A DNA stretch of 32,000 nt from Patescibacteria group bacterium (GTDB taxonomy: Bacteria; Patescibacteriota; Patescibacteriia; 2-01-FULL-39-33): NCBI GenBank assembly GCA_041662745.1, contig JBAZRV010000004.1, positions 105,412 through 137,411 on the forward strand. Direction: 5' to 3'. Of this stretch, positions 7,070 to 16,284 are shown one piece after another. A program made the position numbers and the translations under genes. The notes beneath the pieces were generated by a model, which was not told the DNA's origin, did not search any database, and was given only the letters and a program-made list of their open reading frames with translations. Position 1 is the first letter of the stretch. The number at the start of each line of letters is the position of its first letter.

Positions 7070-8092
7070 CTACAAATACAGATTGCTTTCCATTACTTCC
7101 TTGGTGATTATCCCTTGTTTATACAAGCCGTTAAGCGAATTATCCATGGTTACCATGCCTTCTTTGGCGCTGGTCTGAATGACCGTTTTCAATTGGGAAA
7201 TCTTGTTCTCGCGAATCAGATTGCTGACCGCCGGAGTATTGATCAGGATTTCTCGCGCTGCTACGCGACCGCCACCAGAGGCCGGAATCAACCGCTGGGA
7301 AATAATGCCCTTCAAAGTGATAGAGATCTGCATGCGGACCTGATTCTGCTGATGGGGCGGGAAAATATCAATAATACGATCAATGGTCTGGGCGGCATTA
7401 TAGGTATGCAAGGTGGCAAAAACCAAATGGCCGGTTTCCGCCAAGGTGATGGTGGTGGCGATGGTTTCCAAATTGCGCATTTCTCCTACCATCACCACAT
7501 TGGGATCTTGGCGCAAAACATGCACCAGGCCGTCCTGAAACGACAGCATGTCCGTGCCCAGCTGTCGCTGGCGGATAATGCTCTTATCATGCTGAAAAAT
7601 AAACTCCATCGGATCTTCCAAGGTGATGATATTCTCGTTGCGATTCTTATTGATATATTCAATCATTGAAGCTAAGGATGTGGATTTGCCGCAGCCGGTC
7701 GGACCGGTAACCAAAATCAATCCCCTGTCCAAATTGCATAAATCATAAACCACCTTGGGCATGCCAATATCCTCCATGCTGGGAATAATATTCGGGATGG
7801 TTCTGGCAGACAAAGAAATAGCTTCCTTTTCAAACTGTAAATTGACTCTGAAACGAAAACCGTCGCCGTCGTCATAAGCAAAATCAAGATTTTTTTCAAT
7901 CAAAAACTTCTTGAAACGGCTTTCTTCCACCATGCCGCTGACCATGGTTTCAATCTCTTTAGCGCTAAGCGGTTTGCCTTCCATGGGCTTCAATTCGCCG
8001 TCTATGCGCAAGTAAGGCGGCAATCCCGCGACCAAATGCAAATCCGAAGCATTGGCTGCAACGACCTGCTTAAACACGCTTTCTAAAGTCAT
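7070..8092 (-). CDS. pilT: Type IV pilus retraction-type ATPase PilT
   Basis: ASDLHLVAGLPP, Walker A GPTGCGKST, RQRQLGTDMLSFQDGLVHVLRQDPNVVMVGEMR, TGHLVFATLHTYNAAQTIDRIIDIFPP. Confidence 0.93.
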   Translation of the reverse strand: MTLESVFKQVVAANASDLHLVAGLPPYLRIDGELKPMEGKPLSAKEIETMVSGMVEESRFKKFLIEKNLDFAYDDGDGFRFRVNLQFEKEAISLSARTIPNIIPSMEDIGMPKVVYDLCNLDRGLILVTGPTGCGKSTSLASMIEYINKNRNENIITLEDPMEFIFQHDKSIIRQRQLGTDMLSFQDGLVHVLRQDPNVVMVGEMRNLETIATTITLAETGHLVFATLHTYNAAQTIDRIIDIFPPHQQNQVRMQISITLKGIISQRLIPASGGGRVAAREILINTPAVSNLIRENKISQLKTVIQTSAKEGMVTMDNSLNGLYKQGIITKEVMESNLYL

Positions 8093-8108
8093 AAAAGTAT
8101 ATTATGTT

Positions 8109-8804
8109 TTACTTTTCCCATTTTTTAATAGCCAAAGCCGCTTTTGCCGCAGCAATTTGCGCCTCCTGCTTGCTGGATCCCTCGCCGAAAGCGATCAAGT
8201 CTTTTTCTAAATAAACGCCGACCTTAAAAATCTTGGCATGGTCGGGGCCGGAAGAAGAAATGACTTTGTAAGCCGGGGTAATACCCAACTTTTCCTGGGC
8301 TTTCTCCTGAAAATGGCTTTTGGGATCAATATAAAGTTTTTTCTCCAAAATATCTTCCAGTTTGGAAACGATGTTCTTAATGACAAACTTGCCGGCCACT
8401 TTAAAGCCATGCTCTAAATAAATCGCGCCGATTACCGCTTCCATGGCATTGGCCAAAATATACTGGCGCGCCTTGGAATTCTTGTCCCGGCTCTCGCCTT
8501 TGGACATCAACAGGTATTCCTCCAAACCCAGCTCCGCGGCCACTTCGGCCAACGAGTCGCCATTGACCAATGAGGCGCGCCAATTGGTCAGCTCGCCTTC
8601 GGGATTGGAAAAATTTTCGTACAGATATTCAGTCACCGCCAACTCTAAAACCGCATCGCCTAAAAACTCCAAACGCTCATTATGATCAAGCTTGAAGTCG
8701 GGATGCTCATTAATATAAGAGCGATGAACCAAGGCGGAAATCAACAGATCATGATCCTTAAACTTTACGCCTAGGCTTTTTTCCAGTTTGGTTATTTCGG
8801 ACAT
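8109..8804 (-). CDS. rnc: Ribonuclease III
   Basis: RNase III signature NERLEFLGDAVLELAVTEYLY; C-terminal dsRNA-binding domain. Confidence 0.95.
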   Translation of the reverse strand: MSEITKLEKSLGVKFKDHDLLISALVHRSYINEHPDFKLDHNERLEFLGDAVLELAVTEYLYENFSNPEGELTNWRASLVNGDSLAEVAAELGLEEYLLMSKGESRDKNSKARQYILANAMEAVIGAIYLEHGFKVAGKFVIKNIVSKLEDILEKKLYIDPKSHFQEKAQEKLGITPAYKVISSSGPDHAKIFKVGVYLEKDLIAFGEGSSKQEAQIAAAKAALAIKKWEK

Positions 8805-8904
8805 GTCACCTTCTAAAAACAGATACCAAATATTGAATAGTGAATATTCCTACGATTACCGAAAAAATATTCAATATCTAATAGCCGATATTTGCTATTA
8901 ATAA

Positions 8905-9393
8905 TTATTGTTGCGGCGCAGGGCCGGCGGACTGCTCCTTTTCTTTGGCTCGCTTTTCCGCCGAACGCTTATCAATCTCTTTTTCGCCCATATCCTTGTA
9001 AACAGCGCCTAAAACGCCATTAACAAATTTTCCGGAAGATTCGCCGCCGAACGCCTTGGCCAATTCTATGGATTCATTTATCGCCACCTTGGCCGGAACG
9101 TTTTCATCATAGCGCAATTCATAAGTGCCTAAGCGCAAAACATTGCGATCCACGATAGTGATCTGATCCAGTGGCCACTCCGGAGCGAATTTGGTAATCA
9201 GGGCATCAATTTCTTCAACATGATCCATCACGCCCTGCACCAATTGCCTCATAAAACCTCCATCGGAAAAATCCGGGGCAAAGGCCTCTTTGTTTTGTTC
9301 TAAAATTTCTAACGGGTTGCCTTGACGATCATTGAAATCCCACTGATAAAGAGTTTGGACTGCGATGGTGCGCGATAAATGGCGATTGGACAT
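8905..9393 (-). CDS. nusB: Transcription antitermination factor NusB
   Basis: [10 protein letters not shown]...[51 protein letters not shown]. Confidence 0.93.
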   Translation of the reverse strand: MSNRHLSRTIAVQTLYQWDFNDRQGNPLEILEQNKEAFAPDFSDGGFMRQLVQGVMDHVEEIDALITKFAPEWPLDQITIVDRNVLRLGTYELRYDENVPAKVAINESIELAKAFGGESSGKFVNGVLGAVYKDMGEKEIDKRSAEKRAKEKEQSAGPAPQQ

Positions 9394-9428
9394 ACGATTA
9401 AAGTGCTTAAAGGTGCTTTAAAATAAAA

Positions 9429-9641
9429 TTACTTTTTCTTTTTGGCTTTGGCGGCTTGCGATTTGATCTTAATCTTAATCGCCGTCCGGCCCTTATAATT
9501 ACCACAAATACCACAAGCATGGTGAGGCATCACCGGTTTGCCGCATTGAGTGCACTTGGCTAAAGCTTTGGGCTTGAGCGCAAAATGAGATGCTCGTTCC
9601 TTTTTTGATGTTTTGGTTCTTCGTTTGCTAGGTAAACCCAT
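9429..9641 (-). CDS. rpmF: Ribosomal protein bL32
   Basis: MGLPSKRRTKTSKKERASHFALKPKALAKCTQCGKPVMPHHACGICGNYKGR. Confidence 0.93.
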   Translation of the reverse strand: MGLPSKRRTKTSKKERASHFALKPKALAKCTQCGKPVMPHHACGICGNYKGRTAIKIKIKSQAAKAKKKK

Positions 9642-9770
9642 AAATTTGATTGAATGTTTTCCTGTCTCCGTCCGCCGATTATAACGGGCCGGATTAAGAA
9701 TTCAGAAATTATTTGTTAGTTTTCTACACTTAGAGTAACATAATAACGAGAAAAAAGCAAATGTATAATA

Positions 9771-9795
9771 AAACCCGACACTGTGGCGCCGGGCT
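9771..9795 (-). terminator. Putative terminator downstream of the ProB-like gene
   Basis: Minus strand: AGCCCGgcgccacagtgtCGGGTTTTATTA. Confidence 0.6.
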
Positions 9796-9802
9796 GAAAG
9801 AT

Positions 9803-10582
9803 CTAATGATTAAAAACAAAAACGGTTCCGAAATTGTGGCAATTATCGCCTAAACTTCCACCTTCACTGTTATCATCGGTGCGCAGATTGTTAACAGCCC
9901 AAACCAAAAAATTCGGTTCATGGCCGGGCGCCAGGCTAAACTTAATTCCCATTTCAGCAATTTGCCGGCCAACCGCCAATTTAACCTTGGCTCCGTCCTG
10001 ACCCGCTCTGTGGGCATTGCCACCGGACACATATTCGTACAACTGATCGTAATTCTGCCGATTAATAACCCTGACATGGCCGTCATTATCGCTAATGGCC
10101 GGCTGATCAATGCCCATAATCGCCATGCCGGGATAGAGCAGCTGACACAGTCGTAAAAAAAGATGGTCATTATCCGCAAGCTCCGATAAATTCCTAATCT
10201 CTTCATTACTGACCACATCATTGGCATTAAAAATTGGCACCACCCCTTGGGTTAACGCCTCTTCAATCACTGTTTTAATAAAAGCGCTGTTTTTCTCAAA
10301 ATCCCAATCAACCAAAAGCATTTGCGCCGCTTCCAAGCCATAGATTCCAAGATACTCAATATATTTGGCCATTAGCCGGGGCATGCCCACAGCGGCGCGC
10401 AGATTGCCGGATCGAGTCGCATGCGGGTCGCTCTTGATTGCGCCGGAAGTCACCAAAAAAATCTCATGACCGATCGCTGTCAATTTGGCAATCTGTTGGC
10501 ACAAATCAACCATGAACGGATAGTTTATGCCATTGCCCTTTTTAGTCAGAAGCGATGAGCCAACCTTAATGCCGATACGCAT
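9803..10582 (-). CDS. Amino-acid-kinase family protein, glutamate 5-kinase-like
   Basis: MRIGIKVGSSLLTKKGNGINYPFMVDLCQQIAKL...LVTSGAI...VVPIFNANDVVSNEEI...DNDHLFLRL. Start adjusted to 10582 (GGAG upstream). No PUA domain or proA nearby. Confidence 0.75.
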   Translation of the reverse strand: MRIGIKVGSSLLTKKGNGINYPFMVDLCQQIAKLTAIGHEIFLVTSGAIKSDPHATRSGNLRAAVGMPRLMAKYIEYLGIYGLEAAQMLLVDWDFEKNSAFIKTVIEEALTQGVVPIFNANDVVSNEEIRNLSELADNDHLFLRLCQLLYPGMAIMGIDQPAISDNDGHVRVINRQNYDQLYEYVSGGNAHRAGQDGAKVKLAVGRQIAEMGIKFSLAPGHEPNFLVWAVNNLRTDDNSEGGSLGDNCHNFGTVFVFNH

Positions 10583-10662
10583 GCATGTTCTCCTTATTGT
10601 CCTTGCCTCAATTTGAAAGTTCAATATGATTCATATCATTATAGTAAAATAAATAATATTTG

Positions 10663-11214
10663 TCAATAACCGAAAACCTGCGCCTCAAAAACGTACAGCT
10701 CGGTAGCCGGATCATCGTAAGCATCCGGCTCCAATCCGGCTTTATCCACACAGAGGTGTTGCAAAAACTCTTCCCGCGTCCAACCGGTTTCCTTGGCCAC
10801 CTGCGGCAGAAAAACTCCGCTGCGGCCGTCGCGTTTGACTATTACGCCCTGCCGGCCCAATTCAATCTTACGCCAATCAGTTATCTTTTCCGGCCGGGAT
10901 AAAACACTCACTTCATATTCCAATTCCGGCAACTCCTCCGCCTCAAGCGGCATAAAGCGCCAATCATGCGTCGCCGCCTCCACCGCCATTTCTTTAACCG
11001 TCTGCCACAACGGCTTAGCCGCTTCAATCATACCGATACAGCCGCGCAATTCACCGCCCCGCCTTAGGGTGACAAACGCCCCTTCCGGTTCCGCCAAACG
11101 CCGATCAGTGTTGTTATATTCTTTAAATCCGACCCCGCCGATGCGTTCCTCCACCGCCGACCTGGCAATATCCAATAGATCTTTTTGCTGTTTTTTGCTG
11201 AGTAAGGCGATCAT
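10663..11214 (-). CDS. amrA: AMMECR1-domain protein (AmmeMemoRadiSam system protein A)
   Basis: GAFVTLRRGGELRGCIGMIEAAKPLWQTVKEMAVEAATHDWRFMPL...SGVFLPQVAKETGWTREEFLQHLCVDKAGL. Confidence 0.88.
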   Translation of the reverse strand: MIALLSKKQQKDLLDIARSAVEERIGGVGFKEYNNTDRRLAEPEGAFVTLRRGGELRGCIGMIEAAKPLWQTVKEMAVEAATHDWRFMPLEAEELPELEYEVSVLSRPEKITDWRKIELGRQGVIVKRDGRSGVFLPQVAKETGWTREEFLQHLCVDKAGLEPDAYDDPATELYVFEAQVFGY

Positions 11215-12089
11215 ATATAAATATTTTTCAAGCCGGCTTTAACGCCGATGCTTTTGGCTTTGGCAATGGCCTCCTGAGCCGTAGCGGGCAATTGTTTCAG
11301 TTTCCACGCCACCTCCGGAGAAAATCTAAGCAGATGCCAAGGCGTTTCCGCTCCCAATTCTCTAGCAATGAATTCAGCCAGATTTTTAAGCATGCTTTCT
11401 TCATCGGACAGGGTCGGCACGATAAGCGTAGTGATTTCCAGATGCACGCCGGCGGCTTTGACGGCCTGCAAATTTTCCAGCACCGGCTCCAATTTCGCCT
11501 GGCAAACCTTCAAATAAAATTCCGAATCATAAGACTTCAAATCAATATTGACAGCATCCAAGTGAGGCAAAACTTCCGCTAAGCATTCCGGCGACATATA
11601 ACCGTTGGATACCCAGATGTTTTTTAATCCTCGTTCCCGCGCCAATTTCATAATGTCTAAGGCGTACTCGGCAAAGATCGTCGGTTCCGAATAAGTGTAA
11701 GAAATGGACGGACAGTCGTTTGCTATCGCCTGCGTCACGATTTGTTCCGGCGTAACCAGCGGCGGCGTTTCTAATAACTCCTTCCTGTCGCCAACCTGAC
11801 TAATGTCGTAATTCTGGCAATTAGCGCAATGAAAATTACAACCGAAGGTCCCGAACGAATAAGTCATGGTGCCGGACATGAACCGCCTCAACGGCTTCTT
11901 TTCAATCGGATCAATGTTTATGGCTACGGGTCGACCGTAAGTGTAAGCGCGCAGTCGGCCGTCAATATTTTGCCGTACGCCGCAGCGGCCGAATCGGCTA
12001 GTGGCGATAATGCAATAATGGCAACACAGCCGGCAGATTAATCGTCCGTCTTCTTGTAGGGCATAAAATTTAGCTTCTTTGGGCGGCAT
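11211..12089 (-). CDS. amrS: AmmeMemoRadiSam system radical SAM enzyme
   Basis: GTFGCNFHCANCQNYDISQ, N-terminal CRLCCHYC; start of the A gene overlaps its stop (ATGA). Confidence 0.9.
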   Translation of the reverse strand: MPPKEAKFYALQEDGRLICRLCCHYCIIATSRFGRCGVRQNIDGRLRAYTYGRPVAINIDPIEKKPLRRFMSGTMTYSFGTFGCNFHCANCQNYDISQVGDRKELLETPPLVTPEQIVTQAIANDCPSISYTYSEPTIFAEYALDIMKLARERGLKNIWVSNGYMSPECLAEVLPHLDAVNIDLKSYDSEFYLKVCQAKLEPVLENLQAVKAAGVHLEITTLIVPTLSDEESMLKNLAEFIARELGAETPWHLLRFSPEVAWKLKQLPATAQEAIAKAKSIGVKAGLKNIYI

Positions 12090-12299
12090 ACGGTTATGGC
12101 TTATGACTTCATTATATGATATTCCAACTATTTTTAGTAATTATCCTTGTGGTTTAAATTGTAAATATGACAATAACCAATCTTTTTGCCAAGCGACATT
12201 TTGCATTTTCGTCCAAAACGCAGACGCTAACTTTTAATACCAATAAAATACCTAAAATTAAACAAAAAAATATACAAAATAAATAAAATAATACTAAAC

Positions 12300-12329
12300 T
12301 TGACATTTATGGCTAATATATGCTAAGGT
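12300..12329 (+). promoter_or_regulatory. Candidate sigma70-type promoter for the PP2C-kinase operon
   Basis: TTGACA at 12300-12305, 18-nt spacer, TAAGGT at 12324-12329. Confidence 0.35.
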
Positions 12330-12386
12330 AGCAGGTTAGCTCATTACAATTTAATAATGAACAAACAATGGAAAGGAAGAACAAAC

Positions 12387-13271
12387 ATGCCTGATTTGGA
12401 AGTTGCAGCAGGATCAATTATTGGCCGGGATCATTTAGGTTCCGGCAATGTATTGCTGGGCAGGAATAATCAAGATGCTTATCATGTCTGCGCTGATCAA
12501 CAAAGGGCAGTAGCGGTGATTTGCGATGGTTGCGGTTCCCAAAAACATTCGGAAGTGGGGGCCAATGAAGCCGCTCGATTTATTAGCGAGAGGATTTATC
12601 AATTATTGGCAACCCGTCAAGCTGTCAACACGTCGATCTCTTTACCTCTGACTCTGGGAGAACTGCGCCAAGAAATGTTGGCGGATATAAACCAACGAGT
12701 CAAACGCTTATCGCCTAACGGTGGCAAGACCAAAACGGTTAATGATTTTTATTTGTTTACGGTTATCGGCGCGGTGGTTGACGATGACGGCTGCAGCATC
12801 TTTGCTTTAGGTGATGGTTGCTATGCCATCAATGGCGAATTCCATCAACTGGGACCGTTTAACGATAATGAACCGCCTTATTTGGCTTATGGTCTGACTG
12901 GCACAAAAAGCAAACCGCCAAACTCGCGAGATTGGATGTTTAGGGTGGAATCATACTGCCCATTGGATTTTTTCCAACATCTTTTAATCGGCAGTGATGG
13001 CGTAGTCAAATTGGAGGCCAGCGCCGAGAAAAAAGTTCCCGGCTTAAAACAACCGGTCGGACCGCTATCGCAATTCTGGGAAAACGACAAATACTTTGGT
13101 AATCCGGATGAAATCCGACGCTATTTAGCTCTGATCAATCGGCAATATGTTACACTGGGGTTGCCGGCCCGCGAGATTATTCGTGAACCGGGACTACTGC
13201 CCGATGACACGACTCTGGTGGTCATCCGCAAAAAACCGATCAAGGAGCAGAAATATGAATGTGACAATTGA
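12387..13271 (+). CDS. PP2C-type Ser/Thr phosphatase
   Basis: AVAVICDGCGSQKHSEVGANEAA; TVIGAVVDDDGCSIFALGDGCYAINGE; LLIGSDGVVKLE; DDTTLVVIRK. Start chosen at MPDLEV because AGGAAG precedes it. Confidence 0.85.
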   Translation: MPDLEVAAGSIIGRDHLGSGNVLLGRNNQDAYHVCADQQRAVAVICDGCGSQKHSEVGANEAARFISERIYQLLATRQAVNTSISLPLTLGELRQEMLADINQRVKRLSPNGGKTKTVNDFYLFTVIGAVVDDDGCSIFALGDGCYAINGEFHQLGPFNDNEPPYLAYGLTGTKSKPPNSRDWMFRVESYCPLDFFQHLLIGSDGVVKLEASAEKKVPGLKQPVGPLSQFWENDKYFGNPDEIRRYLALINRQYVTLGLPAREIIREPGLLPDDTTLVVIRKKPIKEQKYECDN

Positions 13272-15123
13272 CGGCAAGAGATTTCGTTTGAATCCTCAAA
13301 ATGCAATTGGCAAGGGCGGCGAAGCTGATGTTTACAGCATCGGCGGCGGCGAGGCCCTGAAAATTTTCAAGGGTCCGGATCATCCGGATTTAAGCGGCTT
13401 TCCAGAATTGCAAAGACAAGCAAGGGATCGGATTGCCACCCATCAAGCCAAACTGCCCAACTTTCCTTCGGGACTGCCCGCGGCAGTGGTAAAACCACTC
13501 TCATTGGCTACTGATGCCAAGGATCAAATCATCGGCTATAAAATGCCGCTGATTTCCGGGGCTGAAGTTTTATTCAGATACGCGGACACTGATTGGCGGC
13601 AAACCGGCGGCATTAAAGACAATGATGTCTTGAGCATATTTGCCGATCTGCATCCGACGGTCGACGGTATTCACCGAGTTGCGATAATTTCCGATTTCAA
13701 CGACCTCAACGTGCTGATTCAAGGGAAGAAGGCTTTTATTATTGATGCCGACAGTATGAGTTTCGGCCGTTGGCTGTCGCCGATGTTCACCGCTCGTTTT
13801 GTGGACCCGCTTTTGTGCGATCCGCAGAAAACTTCACCGCAACTTATTAAACCACACAACGAAAACAGCGATTGGTATGCTTTCTGTATTATGTTGATGC
13901 AGGTACTGCTTTTTGCCGGACCGTATGACGGCGTCTACCGCCCCAAAGATTCGGCCAAGCGCCTGCCGCATGATCAAAGGCCGCTTAAGCGTATTACCGT
14001 TTTCAATCCGGAAGTCCGCTATCCCAAGAACGCCCGGCCATACAATACCTTGCCGGACGAATTGCTCCATCATTTTTCTATGGTATTTGAGAAAGACCAG
14101 CGCGGATCCTTCCCGCTTCGGTTAATCACCGACGCTCGTTTTACTACTTGCACTGCTTGCGGTTATACGCATATGCGTAATATCTGCCCTCATTGCCAAC
14201 ACACAGCCCCAGCCGCAGTCATTACCAAAATGACGGTCAAAGGCCAGGTTACGGCCACGCAGATTTTCCGCACTTCCGGCACAATCGTTTGTTCATCTGT
14301 GTTTAATAAAAGACTGTTTTATCTTTATCATGAAGCCGGAAAGTTTCGGCGGGAAGACGGTTCAAAAATCATTGAAGCTCCCTTGGATGCACAAACGCGC
14401 TATCGCCTCTCGCCGGAACTGACTTTGTTCGGCAAGGGCGGGATAATCAGAACGTTTAAAAACGGCTTAGAACAGGAAATTCTGGGCGTAGATTGCTTCA
14501 ATGGCACCTTACCGGTTTTTGATGTAACGGAAAACGGCCGCTATTGGACTTACGGTGGAGAACTCTGGCGTGACGGCCAATACGCTCCGGAATTGATCGG
14601 CCAAACACTAAAAAATCAAACTTTGATTTGGGCCGGAAAAAAATTCGGTTTTGGCTTTTATCGAGCGGCGCAAGGCCTAGTGCATTTTACCTTTGACGCC
14701 AAACAGCCCGCCATTAATGATAGTATCAGCCTGCCTAAACTGCCCGGACAACTACTGGATACGACTTGCGTTTTCGGCGATGACTTCTGTTGGTTTTTTA
14801 CGGCCGTGCAAATGGCCGGAAAAATAATAAACACCGCATCACTGATAAATTCAAACGGCGACGTATTGGCGCATCAAGAGGAGGAAGCTAATGTCAGCAG
14901 TTGGTTAAGCTCTATTCGCGGTAAATTTCCTATCGGTCCGGTATTACTAGCGGCTACCGATGAAGGCATCGTACAAGTTAAGGAAAGCGGCGGCCGCATC
15001 CAAGCCACTAAAACCTTCCCGGACACAGAACCGTTTGTTAATAGTAAGATCAAGCTTTTCGGTTTGGCCGACGGCCTGTATGCCATCGGTAGAAACACTA
15101 TCACTAAATTGGTAATCAAATAG
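13255..15123 (+). CDS. Eukaryotic-like Ser/Thr protein kinase with internal Zn-ribbon and C-terminal probable beta-rich domain
   Basis: IGKGGEADVYSIGGGEALKIFK; ISDFNDLNVLIQGKKAFIIDADSMSFG; ARFVDPLL; CTACGYTHMRNICPHCQ. ATG at 13255 overlaps the phosphatase stop (ATGAATGTGACAATTGA). Confidence 0.85.
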   Translation: MNVTIDGKRFRLNPQNAIGKGGEADVYSIGGGEALKIFKGPDHPDLSGFPELQRQARDRIATHQAKLPNFPSGLPAAVVKPLSLATDAKDQIIGYKMPLISGAEVLFRYADTDWRQTGGIKDNDVLSIFADLHPTVDGIHRVAIISDFNDLNVLIQGKKAFIIDADSMSFGRWLSPMFTARFVDPLLCDPQKTSPQLIKPHNENSDWYAFCIMLMQVLLFAGPYDGVYRPKDSAKRLPHDQRPLKRITVFNPEVRYPKNARPYNTLPDELLHHFSMVFEKDQRGSFPLRLITDARFTTCTACGYTHMRNICPHCQHTAPAAVITKMTVKGQVTATQIFRTSGTIVCSSVFNKRLFYLYHEAGKFRREDGSKIIEAPLDAQTRYRLSPELTLFGKGGIIRTFKNGLEQEILGVDCFNGTLPVFDVTENGRYWTYGGELWRDGQYAPELIGQTLKNQTLIWAGKKFGFGFYRAAQGLVHFTFDAKQPAINDSISLPKLPGQLLDTTCVFGDDFCWFFTAVQMAGKIINTASLINSNGDVLAHQEEEANVSSWLSSIRGKFPIGPVLLAATDEGIVQVKESGGRIQATKTFPDTEPFVNSKIKLFGLADGLYAIGRNTITKLVIK

Positions 15124-15143
15124 CAACCGCAAGGAGAATCATC

Positions 15144-16184
15144 ATGAGCTTCAAGCAACTGCCCCTGCCTTCGCACTATGCTCCCGACCAAAACTTTGAC
15201 GAAAACTATTACCCTAACACCGCTCAGCTACTGCAACAGGCGGAAGAGTGGCGTAAAAAGCATGACGTCAAGCCGGCCGCCGGCGACAAACGGCGCTTAA
15301 CAGTTTTGAGTATCGACTGTCAAAACGATTTCACCTGGCTCAGCGGCGCTTTGCCGGTATTGGGCCGGTCGGGCAAGGGATCTATGGAAGCGCAACAACG
15401 CGGCGTGGAATGGGGCTACAGATATCTGCACATGATCACTAGCTGGAAAAACAGTATGGATTTCCATCCGCTCTTCCAGATGTCGTCGGTTACCGGCCAC
15501 GTCCGTAAAGACGACGGCTCGCATCCTGTCGCCAATGTGCCGATTACCTTGGATGAGTACCGCCAGAATTATCGCCCCAATCCGGCCATGTGCAAAATGC
15601 TGAGAGTTGATCCGCTTTGGTTGGAACGGCAATTCTTGTTCTACATTGAGGAGTTAGCCAAACACGGCAAACCACTGGAACCCTGGGGCTTGCACTGCCT
15701 GGCCGGCGACCGCGGCGCGGCGCTGACCGGAGGTGAAGAAGCATTCCGTCTCTTCCACGCTTTCGTGCGTGGCGCTCATAACACCGTAGAAGTCAAGGGT
15801 ACCAGTCCTTTGACGGAACATTACTCCATCCTTCGTCCGCTGGTGATGCGTTTGTTTGATGGCCGGCCGATTCCCGGCGTACAAAAGAACACGCTCCTGA
15901 TCAATGACCTGGCTACCAGCGATGTTGTAGTAGCCAAGGGCTTGGCCTCCAGCCATTGCGTAGACGAGACCGTGAATGATTTCTTGACTGAAATTATGGC
16001 AATTGATCCGAAGTTGGTGGAAAAGGTATATATCATGCGCGACTGCACGGCGCCTGTGGTCATCCCAAATGTCGTTGATTTCACCGATAAAGCCGAGGCC
16101 GCTTTCGCCAAGTTTGAAGCGGCCGGAATGCATGTAGTGGAAAGCACCACGCCGATTGAGGATTGGCCCGGCATCAATTTGTAA
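15144..16184 (+). CDS. Isochorismatase/nicotinamidase-like cysteine hydrolase
   Basis: LSIDCQNDFTWLSGALPV; EVKGTSPLTEHYS; ASSHCVDETVNDFL, i.e. Asp-Lys-Cys triad-like positions; AAGGAG upstream. Confidence 0.8.
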   Translation: MSFKQLPLPSHYAPDQNFDENYYPNTAQLLQQAEEWRKKHDVKPAAGDKRRLTVLSIDCQNDFTWLSGALPVLGRSGKGSMEAQQRGVEWGYRYLHMITSWKNSMDFHPLFQMSSVTGHVRKDDGSHPVANVPITLDEYRQNYRPNPAMCKMLRVDPLWLERQFLFYIEELAKHGKPLEPWGLHCLAGDRGAALTGGEEAFRLFHAFVRGAHNTVEVKGTSPLTEHYSILRPLVMRLFDGRPIPGVQKNTLLINDLATSDVVVAKGLASSHCVDETVNDFLTEIMAIDPKLVEKVYIMRDCTAPVVIPNVVDFTDKAEAAFAKFEAAGMHVVESTTPIEDWPGINL

Positions 16185-16221
16185 AATTTTCTTGATTTTT
16201 TTGTGGAATATAAGTTACCAC

Positions 16222-16251
16222 GCGGAGGCGGCTAATTTTAGCCGCCTCCGC
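16222..16251 (+). promoter_or_regulatory. Strong intercistronic stem-loop
   Basis: GCGGAGGCGGCTA ATTT TAGCCGCCTCCGC, perfect 13-bp stem with no U-tract. Confidence 0.75.
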
Positions 16252-16284
16252 CCAACCCGTACAAACCACACAAGGAGAAAAATC

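Noticed and set aside
13834-15191. Antisense ORFs within the kinase gene (13834..14073, 13913..14125, 14874..15191, 14947..15132)
   Set aside because: Shadow ORFs of a strongly coding frame; no family resemblance.
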